A DNA stretch of 39,452 nt from positions 1 through 39,452 of the IMG/VR virus record IMGVR_UViG_3300021438_000001; one strand, 5' to 3'. The stretch's first letter is position 1, and each line of letters opens with the position of its first letter. The notes beneath the pieces are model-generated. The model was not told the origin of the DNA and did no database searches. It worked only from the letters and a program-made list of their open reading frames with translations. Origin of the DNA: a virus (lineage: Duplodnaviria > Heunggongvirae > Uroviricota > Caudoviricetes). The translations under genes and the position numbers were made by a program. Of this stretch, positions 9,158 through 17,500 are shown piece by piece.

Positions 9158-12100
9158 ATGGCAGAGCAAGAAAAAACAATCGTGATCGCTGGTGCAGGCG
9201 GTGGCGGCAAAGGTGGCGGTGGCGGTGGTCGCCAAGCAGTAGAGGCAGAAGACTCGCTCCAGTCGCGGGCGATGATTTCGCTCCTCGACCTGATCGGGGA
9301 GGGCGTCATTGGCGGTTTGGTCAACGGCGGTCAGTCGATCTACCTTGACGACACCCCATTGCAAAACTCTGACGGCTCGTACAACTTCAACGGCGTGTCT
9401 TGGGACACTCGCAACGGTGAGCAGGATCAAGACGTTGTTGCGGGCTTCTCGGATGTCGAGACACCCTACAACGTCAGCGTCCAAGTTAAGAAGCTGATGC
9501 CGCACGTCATCACGGTGAATGCGCCAGCAACGGACGCCGTGCGCGTCGTTGTTTCCTTGCCTTCACTGCGTTCGCAAGATAAGACGACTGGCGACATCAA
9601 CGGCACTTCCGTCAGTTACAAGTTCAGCATCGCCATCAATGGTGGCGCGTATACCGACGTGATGGTGGATGGAGACTCCACGCTGACGATCTCGGGCAAG
9701 ACAAACTCCAAATATCAGCGCAGCCACTTGATCTACCTGCCCAAGCCTGCTGGCGCGGTCATGTGGAACATCAAGATGGAGCGCATCACAGATGACGCAC
9801 CTGACGCTTCCTTGAGCAATGAGACTTGGTTCGATTCCTACACCGAAGTGATCGACTCCAAGTTGAGCTACCCGAACTCGGCGCTCGTTGGCGTTCGCAT
9901 CGACTCCGCTCAGTTCAACCACATTCCGCAGCGTTCGTATCTGGTCAACGGCCTCTACATCCAAGTGCCGTCGAACTATGACCCTGTGACCCGCACCTAC
10001 TCTGGCGTGTGGAATGGCGGTCTGAAGGTGGCTCTGTCGAACAACCCTGCGTGGGTACTGTACGACTTGCTGACCAACACCCGCTACGGACTGGGCAATT
10101 ACTTGCAGGCGTCTCAGATCGACAAGGCGAAGCTTTACACCATCGGACGCTACTGCGACGAGCTGGTGAGCGACGGATTCAGCGGCTACGAGCCTCGCTT
10201 CGCAGTGAACACGGTCATCCAGACCCAAGCTGAAGCCTACAAGCTGATCTCCGACCTCACGTCCGCTTTCCGTGGCATGGCCTTCTGGAACGGCGGCATG
10301 GTGGGCTTCACGCAGGATAGCCCTGCATCGCCAGGCATGTTGTTCACGTCATCGAACGTGATCGACGGCATGTTCAACTACACCAGCTCCTCGCGCCGTG
10401 ATCGTCACTCTGTCGTGAACGTGACGTGGAACGACCCCACCGACAAGTTCAAACAGAAGATCGAATACGTCGAGGACGCCGACTCGGTTGCGAAGTTCGG
10501 CATTCGCAAGACAGACATTGTGGCCTTTGGCTGTACCAGCCGTGGTCAAGCGAACCGTGTGGGGCGCTGGATGCTCTATACCGAGCGCCTCGAATCGGAC
10601 ATGGTTCAATTCAAGGTCGGCCTGGACTCGGCAACGCTGCTGCCTGGCGAGATCATTCGAATCCACGACACCTACCGCGCCGGCAAGCGCATGGGCGGAC
10701 GCATTGCGGCATGTGACGCGAACTCCCTGACGCTTGACGCTCCAATTGTGCTTCAAGGCAATGGAGCAATGGTTTCGATGCGCCTCGCGGACGGCACGTT
10801 TGTGGATCGCGTCGTGCTGCAAAGCCCAGGCGAGTACTCGACTCTGACTTGGAGCGACCCGCTGACCACGCTGCCACTGACCAACTCGATGTGGATGGTG
10901 TCGGAAGCGACGCTTGAGCCGATGCTTGCTCGCGTGATCGGCATCGCACAGGACGGCACCAAGAAAGACCAGTTCCTCGTCACCGCCATCGAGCACAACG
11001 CCTCGAAGTTCGACGCCATCGAGAAGAACCTGAAGCTCGAAGAGCCAAAGACCTCGATCATTGACCCGAACGCCGTGACCATTCCGACAAACGTCGAGGT
11101 CACTGAGGCTCAGTACGAAGTCGTCCCTGGCATCATCGGTACGCGCATCACGGTTTCGTGGTTCGCCCCAATGCCGCAGTTCGAGATTCGCTGGCGTCGC
11201 ACTGGCAAATATGCGACCTCTTGGCAAACGATCACGACCACCAGCATGTCGGTGGACTTCGAGAACGTCCGCAAATCGCCGCACGAGTTCCAAGTTCGTG
11301 CGGTGAACAACTTCGGTCGCAAGTCCGACATGGTGGAGAAGTTCTACACCCCAGTCGGCAAGACGACAGCGCCTGGCGATGTTCGCAACTTCGTTGTGAC
11401 GCGCCGCACATCCGATCTTCTGCTGACTTGGGACGCCGTTGCCGACATCGACATCTCCGGCTATGAAGTGCGCGTGGGTAACTCTTGGGACGACTCCCAA
11501 CTGATCATCACGAACTTCAAGGGTACGATGATCACGCACGACCAAGATGCGGCCGGCGTGTACTTCTACCACGTCCGTTCAATTGACTCCTACGGTCAGT
11601 ACTCGGACAACGTGACGACATTCCGTCTGGTGCTTGACCCGCCAGCTCCTGTGTCGCAATTTGACTGCATCCAGTCGGCAAACCGCCTTGAGTTCCGCTG
11701 GAAGCCAAATAGCGAAGTGAACATCGTCGCTTACGAAATCCGCGAGGGTACTGAGTGGGCTACGAGCTTGCTCATCACTCAAACAATGTCCACGACCTAC
11801 ACGATGCCATCTGGCACTACGGGGTCGCGTACATTCTGGATCAAGGCTATCGCTTCGCCTGGTATCTACGCCGACGAAGCCGTCTTCGTGAACTCGGACG
11901 TGGTGAAGCCGCAGAACTCCAACGTGGTCTACGATGTAGACAAGCACTTGGAAGGTTTCCCTGGCGTCACGCATGGCGTTATTAACTACGACGACGCTTT
12001 GCAGATGGAGCCGGACTACTCTCGCGCCGAGTACCTGTTCGACGTGACGTTGCCGTATCGCCTTCGCGCTCAGAACACGATCTTTGCAGCCATCGCATCC

Positions 12101-12712
12101 GTCAGCCAGGCAACGCTCGACTGGGCGCATGCCAACTTCTCTTGGGATTCGTCTGACGGCGGCAAACCCTGGGCACCAACTGGCAACAGCACATCCATCG
12201 CCGCACAGTTCCAGATCGCTACGGACGTGGGTCTGCTGACTACTGACGTGGACGGCTGGCGTCTGAACGGGGCGCTGACGAGCGTGACAGGCATCCTCCC
12301 CACCATTTCCAAGAAGGTCACGTATGGGGAAGGGCGCTACGGCCAAGGTGTATTTGTCTCCGATCTGACCCAAGTCGGCTGGACGGTCGCAATCCCTGAC
12401 CAGTTCAGTAAGACATTCTGGATTCAACCCAAGCAGGTTACTGACGCGATCTACATCACCCTGAATGGCAGCTCCGGTCGCTTGAAAGTCGGTTACAGCC
12501 TGCGCGAAGCCGCCTTCTACCTTGAAGACGACAATGGACGCCGCAACGTGGTTCCGTTCCTTGTGTCGGTGGATGAGCGCATTTGCGTCGGTATCAGCCA
12601 AAGCGGACTGACTCGCGGACTGTTTATTGCCAGCATGGATGGCGAACAATCAGGGGCAGACGAGCAGCCTTATACGCCGGTTGGAGCGTTTACCGCCCTG
12701 ACTTTGTATTAA
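9158..12712 (+). CDS. central tail tip / host-specificity protein J (FnIII domains, C-terminal LamG/ConA-like domain)
   Basis: 1184 aa. gpJ motifs DLIGEGVIGGL, YPNSALVG, SNNPAWVLYDLLTN.RYGLG, GCTSRGQANRVGRW; FnIII-like repeats; C-terminus GRYGQG…TFWIQP. Confidence 0.9.
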   Translation: MAEQEKTIVIAGAGGGGKGGGGGGRQAVEAEDSLQSRAMISLLDLIGEGVIGGLVNGGQSIYLDDTPLQNSDGSYNFNGVSWDTRNGEQDQDVVAGFSDVETPYNVSVQVKKLMPHVITVNAPATDAVRVVVSLPSLRSQDKTTGDINGTSVSYKFSIAINGGAYTDVMVDGDSTLTISGKTNSKYQRSHLIYLPKPAGAVMWNIKMERITDDAPDASLSNETWFDSYTEVIDSKLSYPNSALVGVRIDSAQFNHIPQRSYLVNGLYIQVPSNYDPVTRTYSGVWNGGLKVALSNNPAWVLYDLLTNTRYGLGNYLQASQIDKAKLYTIGRYCDELVSDGFSGYEPRFAVNTVIQTQAEAYKLISDLTSAFRGMAFWNGGMVGFTQDSPASPGMLFTSSNVIDGMFNYTSSSRRDRHSVVNVTWNDPTDKFKQKIEYVEDADSVAKFGIRKTDIVAFGCTSRGQANRVGRWMLYTERLESDMVQFKVGLDSATLLPGEIIRIHDTYRAGKRMGGRIAACDANSLTLDAPIVLQGNGAMVSMRLADGTFVDRVVLQSPGEYSTLTWSDPLTTLPLTNSMWMVSEATLEPMLARVIGIAQDGTKKDQFLVTAIEHNASKFDAIEKNLKLEEPKTSIIDPNAVTIPTNVEVTEAQYEVVPGIIGTRITVSWFAPMPQFEIRWRRTGKYATSWQTITTTSMSVDFENVRKSPHEFQVRAVNNFGRKSDMVEKFYTPVGKTTAPGDVRNFVVTRRTSDLLLTWDAVADIDISGYEVRVGNSWDDSQLIITNFKGTMITHDQDAAGVYFYHVRSIDSYGQYSDNVTTFRLVLDPPAPVSQFDCIQSANRLEFRWKPNSEVNIVAYEIREGTEWATSLLITQTMSTTYTMPSGTTGSRTFWIKAIASPGIYADEAVFVNSDVVKPQNSNVVYDVDKHLEGFPGVTHGVINYDDALQMEPDYSRAEYLFDVTLPYRLRAQNTIFAAIASVSQATLDWAHANFSWDSSDGGKPWAPTGNSTSIAAQFQIATDVGLLTTDVDGWRLNGALTSVTGILPTISKKVTYGEGRYGQGVFVSDLTQVGWTVAIPDQFSKTFWIQPKQVTDAIYITLNGSSGRLKVGYSLREAAFYLEDDNGRRNVVPFLVSVDERICVGISQSGLTRGLFIASMDGEQSGADEQPYTPVGAFTALTLY

Positions 12713-12714
12713 AC

Positions 12715-12743
12715 TTGCCAATCAGTCACAACTGACCTACAAT
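12715..12743 (+). promoter_or_regulatory. sigma70 promoter with operator in the spacer
   Basis: TTGCCA (12715-20), 17 bp, TACAAT (12738-43). The spacer contains AGTCA CAAC TGACC (12724-37). Confidence 0.8.
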
Positions 12744-12774
12744 TCCCCCAACCTTAATTAAGGAGTTTTCTCTC

Positions 12775-13224
12775 ATGCAACTCAAAGACACGCTGAAACT
12801 GCACGGCTCGCTGACCCTGATGCTTACTAAAGCAAACGGCGAAGTGGAAGTGACCCAGAAGGACAACATCATCGTTGATGTTGGCTTCGACTTCATCGCC
12901 GACGCAATTGGCAAAGCTGCAAGCCGCCCCGCCTGCATGGGCTACACGGCTGTCGGTACAGGTACGGCTGCTGCCGCCTCGTCTCAGACTACCCTTGGTA
13001 CTGAAGTGTCGCGCCTGGCTTCGACCTACGCTCACACATCCGGCACCAAAACCTTCACCTTCACCACAACCTTCGCCGCTGGCGTTGCGACTGGCGCTCT
13101 GACTGAAGCTGGCGTGTTCAACGCTGCATCGGCCGGCATCATGATCGACCGTGTGGTGTTCCCTGTGGTGAACAAAGGCGCTGACGACACGCTGACTACC
13201 GTCTTCACGTTCACTCTGTCCTAA
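12775..13224 (+). CDS. virion structural protein, probable fibre anchor/collar
   Basis: 149 aa, Thr/Ala/Gly-rich. Motifs AVGTG…TTLGTE…LTEAGVFN…RVVFPVVNK resemble fibre N-terminal attachment domains. SD AAGGAG. Confidence 0.55.
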   Translation: MQLKDTLKLHGSLTLMLTKANGEVEVTQKDNIIVDVGFDFIADAIGKAASRPACMGYTAVGTGTAAAASSQTTLGTEVSRLASTYAHTSGTKTFTFTTTFAAGVATGALTEAGVFNAASAGIMIDRVVFPVVNKGADDTLTTVFTFTLS

Positions 13225-13226
13225 TC

Positions 13227-13240
13227 AGTCACTGCTGAGG
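13227..13240. promoter_or_regulatory. operator variant
   Basis: AGTCA CTGC TGAGG (2 mismatches) in the 21-bp intergenic gap. Confidence 0.45.
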
Positions 13241-13245
13241 GATAG

Positions 13246-15084
13246 ATGGCCGATAGCGTAAGCATCAGTCAAGCTGCTGGTACGCCGTTGGCCTGGACTT
13301 CGGCGACCTTCGCCTGGTCTGCAATTAACGCTGGTAAGGCTTGGAATAGCCTTGCCACGCTTGCCTACACCCTTTCGGTGGGTGAAACGCTGTCTGTCGC
13401 CGACCTCGGAGCGAAACAGACGCAAAAAGCGTGGTTTGAGTCCTTCAACACGGTTGACTCCCACGTCCGTCAAGTAGGAAAGGCGCTCGCAGAAAGCGTC
13501 ACAACGAGCGATACCCTGCGCTTCGACAACTTCAAAGGGTTGTTTGAGAGCGTTAGCTTCCTCGAAGTGATGGGGAAGGGTGTCGCAAAGCCATTCTCCG
13601 AACAGTTCAGCACCACCGACGCCTACGCCCTGATGTTCACCAAAGCGGCCCTTGAAGGGCTTTCGGTGCTTGAGGCGCTTAATCGTAGCCAGACAATGCG
13701 CCTGGCCGAGACGGTCGGGGTGGGTGAGAACCTGTCCAAGACCGTTGCCAAACCGTTTTCCGAGAACGTCCAAGCGTCCGAGACGCTTCGCTTCGATGCG
13801 ACCAAAGCGGTTGGCGAAGCTGTTCAAGTTGGCGAGATCGCTGCAAAGAACGTGACGATGCCGAAAGGCGAGTCTATCGGCGTTTCTGAGTTTGCCTATC
13901 GAGACATTGGCAAAAACGCCTATGAATCGTTTGGTGTTGCGGATTACGCATTCCGAGACATCTCGATGGCGGTGTTCGAAACGCTTGGCGTTAAGGACTG
14001 CTACATCGACCACATCGCCTTCGTGATCAGCGTTCTCGAACACATTCATGTCGGCGAAGTTCTTGGCAACGACTTCACCCGACCTCTATCGGAGTCGTTC
14101 GGCATCTCTGACCACGCCGCCAGTGGTCTGGAGAAAGATTTCTTCGAAGCGATGTCCATCGGCGACGCACTTCGTAAGGCGCAGACGCTTGTCTCCAAAG
14201 AGAACGTGCAACTCGGGGAAAACCTCGCAAAGTCGGTAACGCTTCCAAAGAGCGAGTCGCTCGGCGCAACTGACGCACCAAGCAAGACAATCACCAAGGC
14301 TGCATTCGAAAGCGTTGCAGTGGGTGAGCAAGTTGCGAAGCTGGCAGACAAGATGCTGGCCGAAGCGGTGCATGTCGGTGAGAACATCCAAAAGCGTTCG
14401 ACCGTCGCCGCCTCTGAATCTCTGACAATCACAGAAACGCTCTTTGAGAAGAGCATTACTCTGGCTGTCCATGAAACCATCGGCATGATGGAGCTGTTTG
14501 GTCGCTCTGTTGGCTACCACGTCTACATCAGCGAAGGCTTTAGCACATCGGATGCGCTCAAGAAGGCGTCCAAGCTCTCCATTGCGGAATCGCTGTCTCT
14601 GTTTGACGAGTACCGTCGCCACGCGAACGCAGTGATGTCGGACATGATTGTCTCGACCGAGCCTCTGACGCTCGCCAAGTTCATGCAAGTTGTGGACGCC
14701 GGTCGCGCCCCAGGCTTTGCCCCGTTCCGAGACTTCATCCCTGGCGACTACGAGTACCAAACCGCGATTTTCCGCGCCGTTTTGAAGTCCACGACTTCTG
14801 ACCGCGCCAAGCTCAAGCAAATGAAGGTAACAGTGGATGTGCCGGACGTGTTTGATCGCGGGACCGCCGTCATCACGGCCGACCAAGCAGCTAATGGCAT
14901 TCGCATCATCTTCAGCCGCTCGTTCCACATCACCCCTGAGATCACCGTGACGCTCAAGGGCGGGACCGTTCTGGCAATTCCCAAGGTCATCAACCCCGAT
15001 GACGGCGGGTTCACCCTCGTGCTTGAAACCCCGCAAGGTCAACGAGTTGCTGGCACCGTCTCTTGGTCTTCACAGGGTTATTGA
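13246..15084 (+). CDS. long fibre protein with about 23 tandem 18-aa repeats and a tail-tip-like C-terminal domain
   Basis: 612 aa. Repeat consensus E-[ST]-h-x-h-x-[DE]-x-h-x-K-x-h-x-K-x-h-x from nt 13384 to 14607. C-terminal DVPDVFDRG…FSRSFHITPEITVT…GFTL…VSWSSQGY. Confidence 0.7.
   Translation: MADSVSISQAAGTPLAWTSATFAWSAINAGKAWNSLATLAYTLSVGETLSVADLGAKQTQKAWFESFNTVDSHVRQVGKALAESVTTSDTLRFDNFKGLFESVSFLEVMGKGVAKPFSEQFSTTDAYALMFTKAALEGLSVLEALNRSQTMRLAETVGVGENLSKTVAKPFSENVQASETLRFDATKAVGEAVQVGEIAAKNVTMPKGESIGVSEFAYRDIGKNAYESFGVADYAFRDISMAVFETLGVKDCYIDHIAFVISVLEHIHVGEVLGNDFTRPLSESFGISDHAASGLEKDFFEAMSIGDALRKAQTLVSKENVQLGENLAKSVTLPKSESLGATDAPSKTITKAAFESVAVGEQVAKLADKMLAEAVHVGENIQKRSTVAASESLTITETLFEKSITLAVHETIGMMELFGRSVGYHVYISEGFSTSDALKKASKLSIAESLSLFDEYRRHANAVMSDMIVSTEPLTLAKFMQVVDAGRAPGFAPFRDFIPGDYEYQTAIFRAVLKSTTSDRAKLKQMKVTVDVPDVFDRGTAVITADQAANGIRIIFSRSFHITPEITVTLKGGTVLAIPKVINPDDGGFTLVLETPQGQRVAGTVSWSSQGY
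13384..14607 (+). repeat. protein-level 18-aa tandem repeat array (54 nt period)
   Basis: Nineteen units of exactly 18 aa, three of 19-20 aa, and a truncated 23rd unit, e.g. ETVGVGENLSKTVAKPFS / ENVQASETLRFDATKAVG / ESIGVSEFAYRDIGKNAY. Confidence 0.9.
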
Positions 15085-15124
15085 AGCCCCGTGTTAGACA
15101 TCATATAATCAGTCACGAGTGAAA
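15081..15124 (+). promoter_or_regulatory. sigma70 promoter and operator for the fibre/modification operon
   Basis: TTGAAG (15081-86), 17 bp, TATAAT (15104-09); AGTCA CGAG TGAAA (15111-24) lies over the predicted start site. Confidence 0.75.
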
Positions 15125-15137
15125 GAAAGACAAGAAC

Positions 15138-16136
15138 ATGCAAAGTTATCAGGACATCCCAGATACCACAACGCTGACGGCTTCTCGCAGTCTGTTGCTG
15201 AACAACATTCTGACGGCGCTGTCGCAGTCGTCCGGCACTGCATTCCCCACGACCAACTTGGTTCTGGGCATGCCCTGCTATCGCTCCGATCTGAATAAGA
15301 GCTACATCCTCACCAACCTTACCGGCCCCGTCTGGACGTTGGAGCAGGATTACGCTCGTACCGCTGCTTATCTCGATGACAACATCGCGTCGGCAACCAA
15401 ACTTCAGACGGCTCGCACGATTAGCTTGTCAGGCGATATTTCGGGTAGCGCATCGTTTGACGGTACGGCTAACGCCGCGATCACCGCAACGCTTCCCAAT
15501 ACCGGCGTCACTGCCGGCACCTACACCGCCGCAACAATCACTGTGGATGCAAAAGGTCGTGTGACCTCGGCATCCGCAAGCACTTTGGTTTCCAGCTTTC
15601 AAGGTCGTACAGGAGCGGTGACGCTTGCATCTTCGGACGTGACTGGCGCTCTCGGCTTCACGCCGATGAACACATCTAACACGACATTCAGCTCGATCAC
15701 CATTTCCTCGACGGCCAACTACATCTATTTGGCTGACACCGACTGGGGCAATCGCTACATCCACAGCAATGGCGGTTTGTCTGGCTTTCTTGACTCTTCC
15801 GGCAACTGGTGTGAGTACAACGATAATGCCGGCAACATCTGGTCGAAGGCTTATGGTTGGCTGCACGGCTATTTCTTTAGCACGGTTGATAACTGCTCTG
15901 TCCTGCCTGGCTCCTATAGCTATTACGTGTCAACGGCAAACGCAGCCGCTTATGTTCATAACGGGAACACGGGAAATTGCTACAACGGCAATAACTGCAC
16001 AACGGTTGCGGCGAACTGCGGCGGTTTGAACGCCTACAACGGTGTGCTGATTGATAACGGCTCATCCATTGCGCTGCGCACATACCAATACAACTTCAAC
16101 TGCGCTTGCAACTGCGATTGCAATTGCTCCTGCTAA
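15138..16136 (+). CDS. tail fibre protein with a Cys/Asn-rich C-terminal peptide
   Basis: 332 aa. Fibre repeats ATKLQTARTISLSGD.SGSASFDG, TGVTAGTY…VDAKGRVT, VSSFQGRTGAVTL and RYIHSNGG.SGFL…YGWLHGYF. The last 81 aa hold 10 Cys and end NCACNCDCNCSC. Confidence 0.8.
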   Translation: MQSYQDIPDTTTLTASRSLLLNNILTALSQSSGTAFPTTNLVLGMPCYRSDLNKSYILTNLTGPVWTLEQDYARTAAYLDDNIASATKLQTARTISLSGDISGSASFDGTANAAITATLPNTGVTAGTYTAATITVDAKGRVTSASASTLVSSFQGRTGAVTLASSDVTGALGFTPMNTSNTTFSSITISSTANYIYLADTDWGNRYIHSNGGLSGFLDSSGNWCEYNDNAGNIWSKAYGWLHGYFFSTVDNCSVLPGSYSYYVSTANAAAYVHNGNTGNCYNGNNCTTVAANCGGLNAYNGVLIDNGSSIALRTYQYNFNCACNCDCNCSC

Positions 16137-16145
16137 AGAAAGATC

Positions 16146-16943
16146 ATGATGAAAGTTCTTGGAGTTAAAAACGATCACGTTTCGCCAGGGTTTCGCCCGA
16201 CAGCGAAGTTCCACTACGATCAATCCACCGAGATTCTAACCGTGGACTTTGAAATGTCCGCGACCAAGTGTGGTGCAGATGGTTTGCCCATGCCAGACAT
16301 TGAGCCGGCCATTTATAACGCATCTGCCTCAGTCAGCATGAAAGAACTTCGTGCGCGACCTGATTGGGCGGCTCATCAGACGTACTTTCTGGCGGTAACG
16401 ACCGACTTCGAATTTGCGCCAATCTTCCCTCTGTTTGTTGAAACATTGCCGTTGCGCGAAACAGCGCCAGAGTATGCAGCTCGCACGAAGGTGAACTTGG
16501 CTGTTGGCATTAACGTGCCGTTTTCCGACTCAACGGACGATGTGTTTATTACCGTGAACCTGAATGTCGACGCTACGGATGCCAATTTTGTCGTCACTGG
16601 CGATCTGACCCGCGAATGGAGCCAAGTATCAACCAGCGGCGTTGAGCGAGTCCTCAAGTTCCCAACGATTACCGCAACCGCCCCTGCGACAGTTGCGGCG
16701 GGTGGAACTGCGGAGATTCAACTTCGCGTGGAAGATTCGGCCGGCAACCTGCAAAACCGCAACACGGAAGTGTTCGTGGAGCCGGTGTTTGGCATTACCA
16801 GCGGTACGCGAGTGCAAATCATCAACGGCGTTGGAACACTTCAACTGTCTGCGCTTGGTCTGCCGGTTGGTGGCGAAGCCCGAGTCAAACTCGGATGGAA
16901 ATACTACCCAGGCGCAACGGATGTGCGAATCAAGGTGATTTAA
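16146..16943 (+). CDS. hypothetical protein with a C-terminal Ig-like (Big-1-like) domain
   Basis: 265 aa. C-terminal PATVAAGGTAEIQLRVEDSAG…TRVQIINGVGTLQL…ARVKLGWKYYPG looks like a beta-sandwich. The start may be ATG 16149. Confidence 0.55.
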   Translation: MMKVLGVKNDHVSPGFRPTAKFHYDQSTEILTVDFEMSATKCGADGLPMPDIEPAIYNASASVSMKELRARPDWAAHQTYFLAVTTDFEFAPIFPLFVETLPLRETAPEYAARTKVNLAVGINVPFSDSTDDVFITVNLNVDATDANFVVTGDLTREWSQVSTSGVERVLKFPTITATAPATVAAGGTAEIQLRVEDSAGNLQNRNTEVFVEPVFGITSGTRVQIINGVGTLQLSALGLPVGGEARVKLGWKYYPGATDVRIKVI

Positions 16944-17500
16944 TGCTCACACAGATTTTTGCGACCCCAATTTATCGGGGCGCATTGGGGATTCAGGGTC
17001 AGCAGCGTGACACGTATCGAGAACGAGCGATCTTGGCCTATGACACATACAACGCGAATGGCAAGCCGTGGTCGCGCTCGACCCGTGAATCTCTTGAGGT
17101 TTGCGACCCGATGTTTGCCCCGATCTTCCAGGCTGTGAAGCAACGCACCGAGCTGGAGTTCGGCGTCAAGGTTTCGCACATTACCGGACGAGAACTGGTT
17201 CAGAAGACGCATGACTTCGTGCCTCCGCATGTTGAGTCATCGCACCTGTCGGCGATCTATTGGATCGACTGCGACGCTCATCCAGACGGTTCTAAAGACG
17301 AGCATGACGGCTGTCTTGTTCTGAATCACCCTGCTGGTTCGTTCGGCTCTAAATGCCTGCCTGACGAACGCAGAAACTACGTTGTTGAGCCGCGACCCGA
17401 TGCGCTGCTCATTTTTCCGAGTCACATTCTCCACTTTGGGCATGTGTACCTCGGTCAGCGTCCAAGCGTAGAAATTCACTTTGAAATGGAGATTGCATAA
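16943..17500 (+). CDS. putative 2OG-Fe(II) oxygenase
   Basis: Start reassigned to ATG 16943 (TAATG overlap), 185 aa. IFATPIY, PPHVESSHLSAIYW (H-x-E), GCLVLNHP, VEPRPDALLIFPSHILH (distal His). Confidence 0.75.
   Translation: MLTQIFATPIYRGALGIQGQQRDTYRERAILAYDTYNANGKPWSRSTRESLEVCDPMFAPIFQAVKQRTELEFGVKVSHITGRELVQKTHDFVPPHVESSHLSAIYWIDCDAHPDGSKDEHDGCLVLNHPAGSFGSKCLPDERRNYVVEPRPDALLIFPSHILHFGHVYLGQRPSVEIHFEMEIA

Noticed and set aside
681-12712. Contractile tail, tailocin or T6SS-like locus
   Set aside because: No sheath or baseplate wedge genes. The M-L-K-I-J order and long tape measure indicate a non-contractile siphovirus tail within a complete phage genome.
13246-16136. Diversity-generating retroelement or invertible fibre cassette
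   Set aside because: No reverse transcriptase, template/variable repeat pair, serine invertase or inverted crossover sites were seen in the window.
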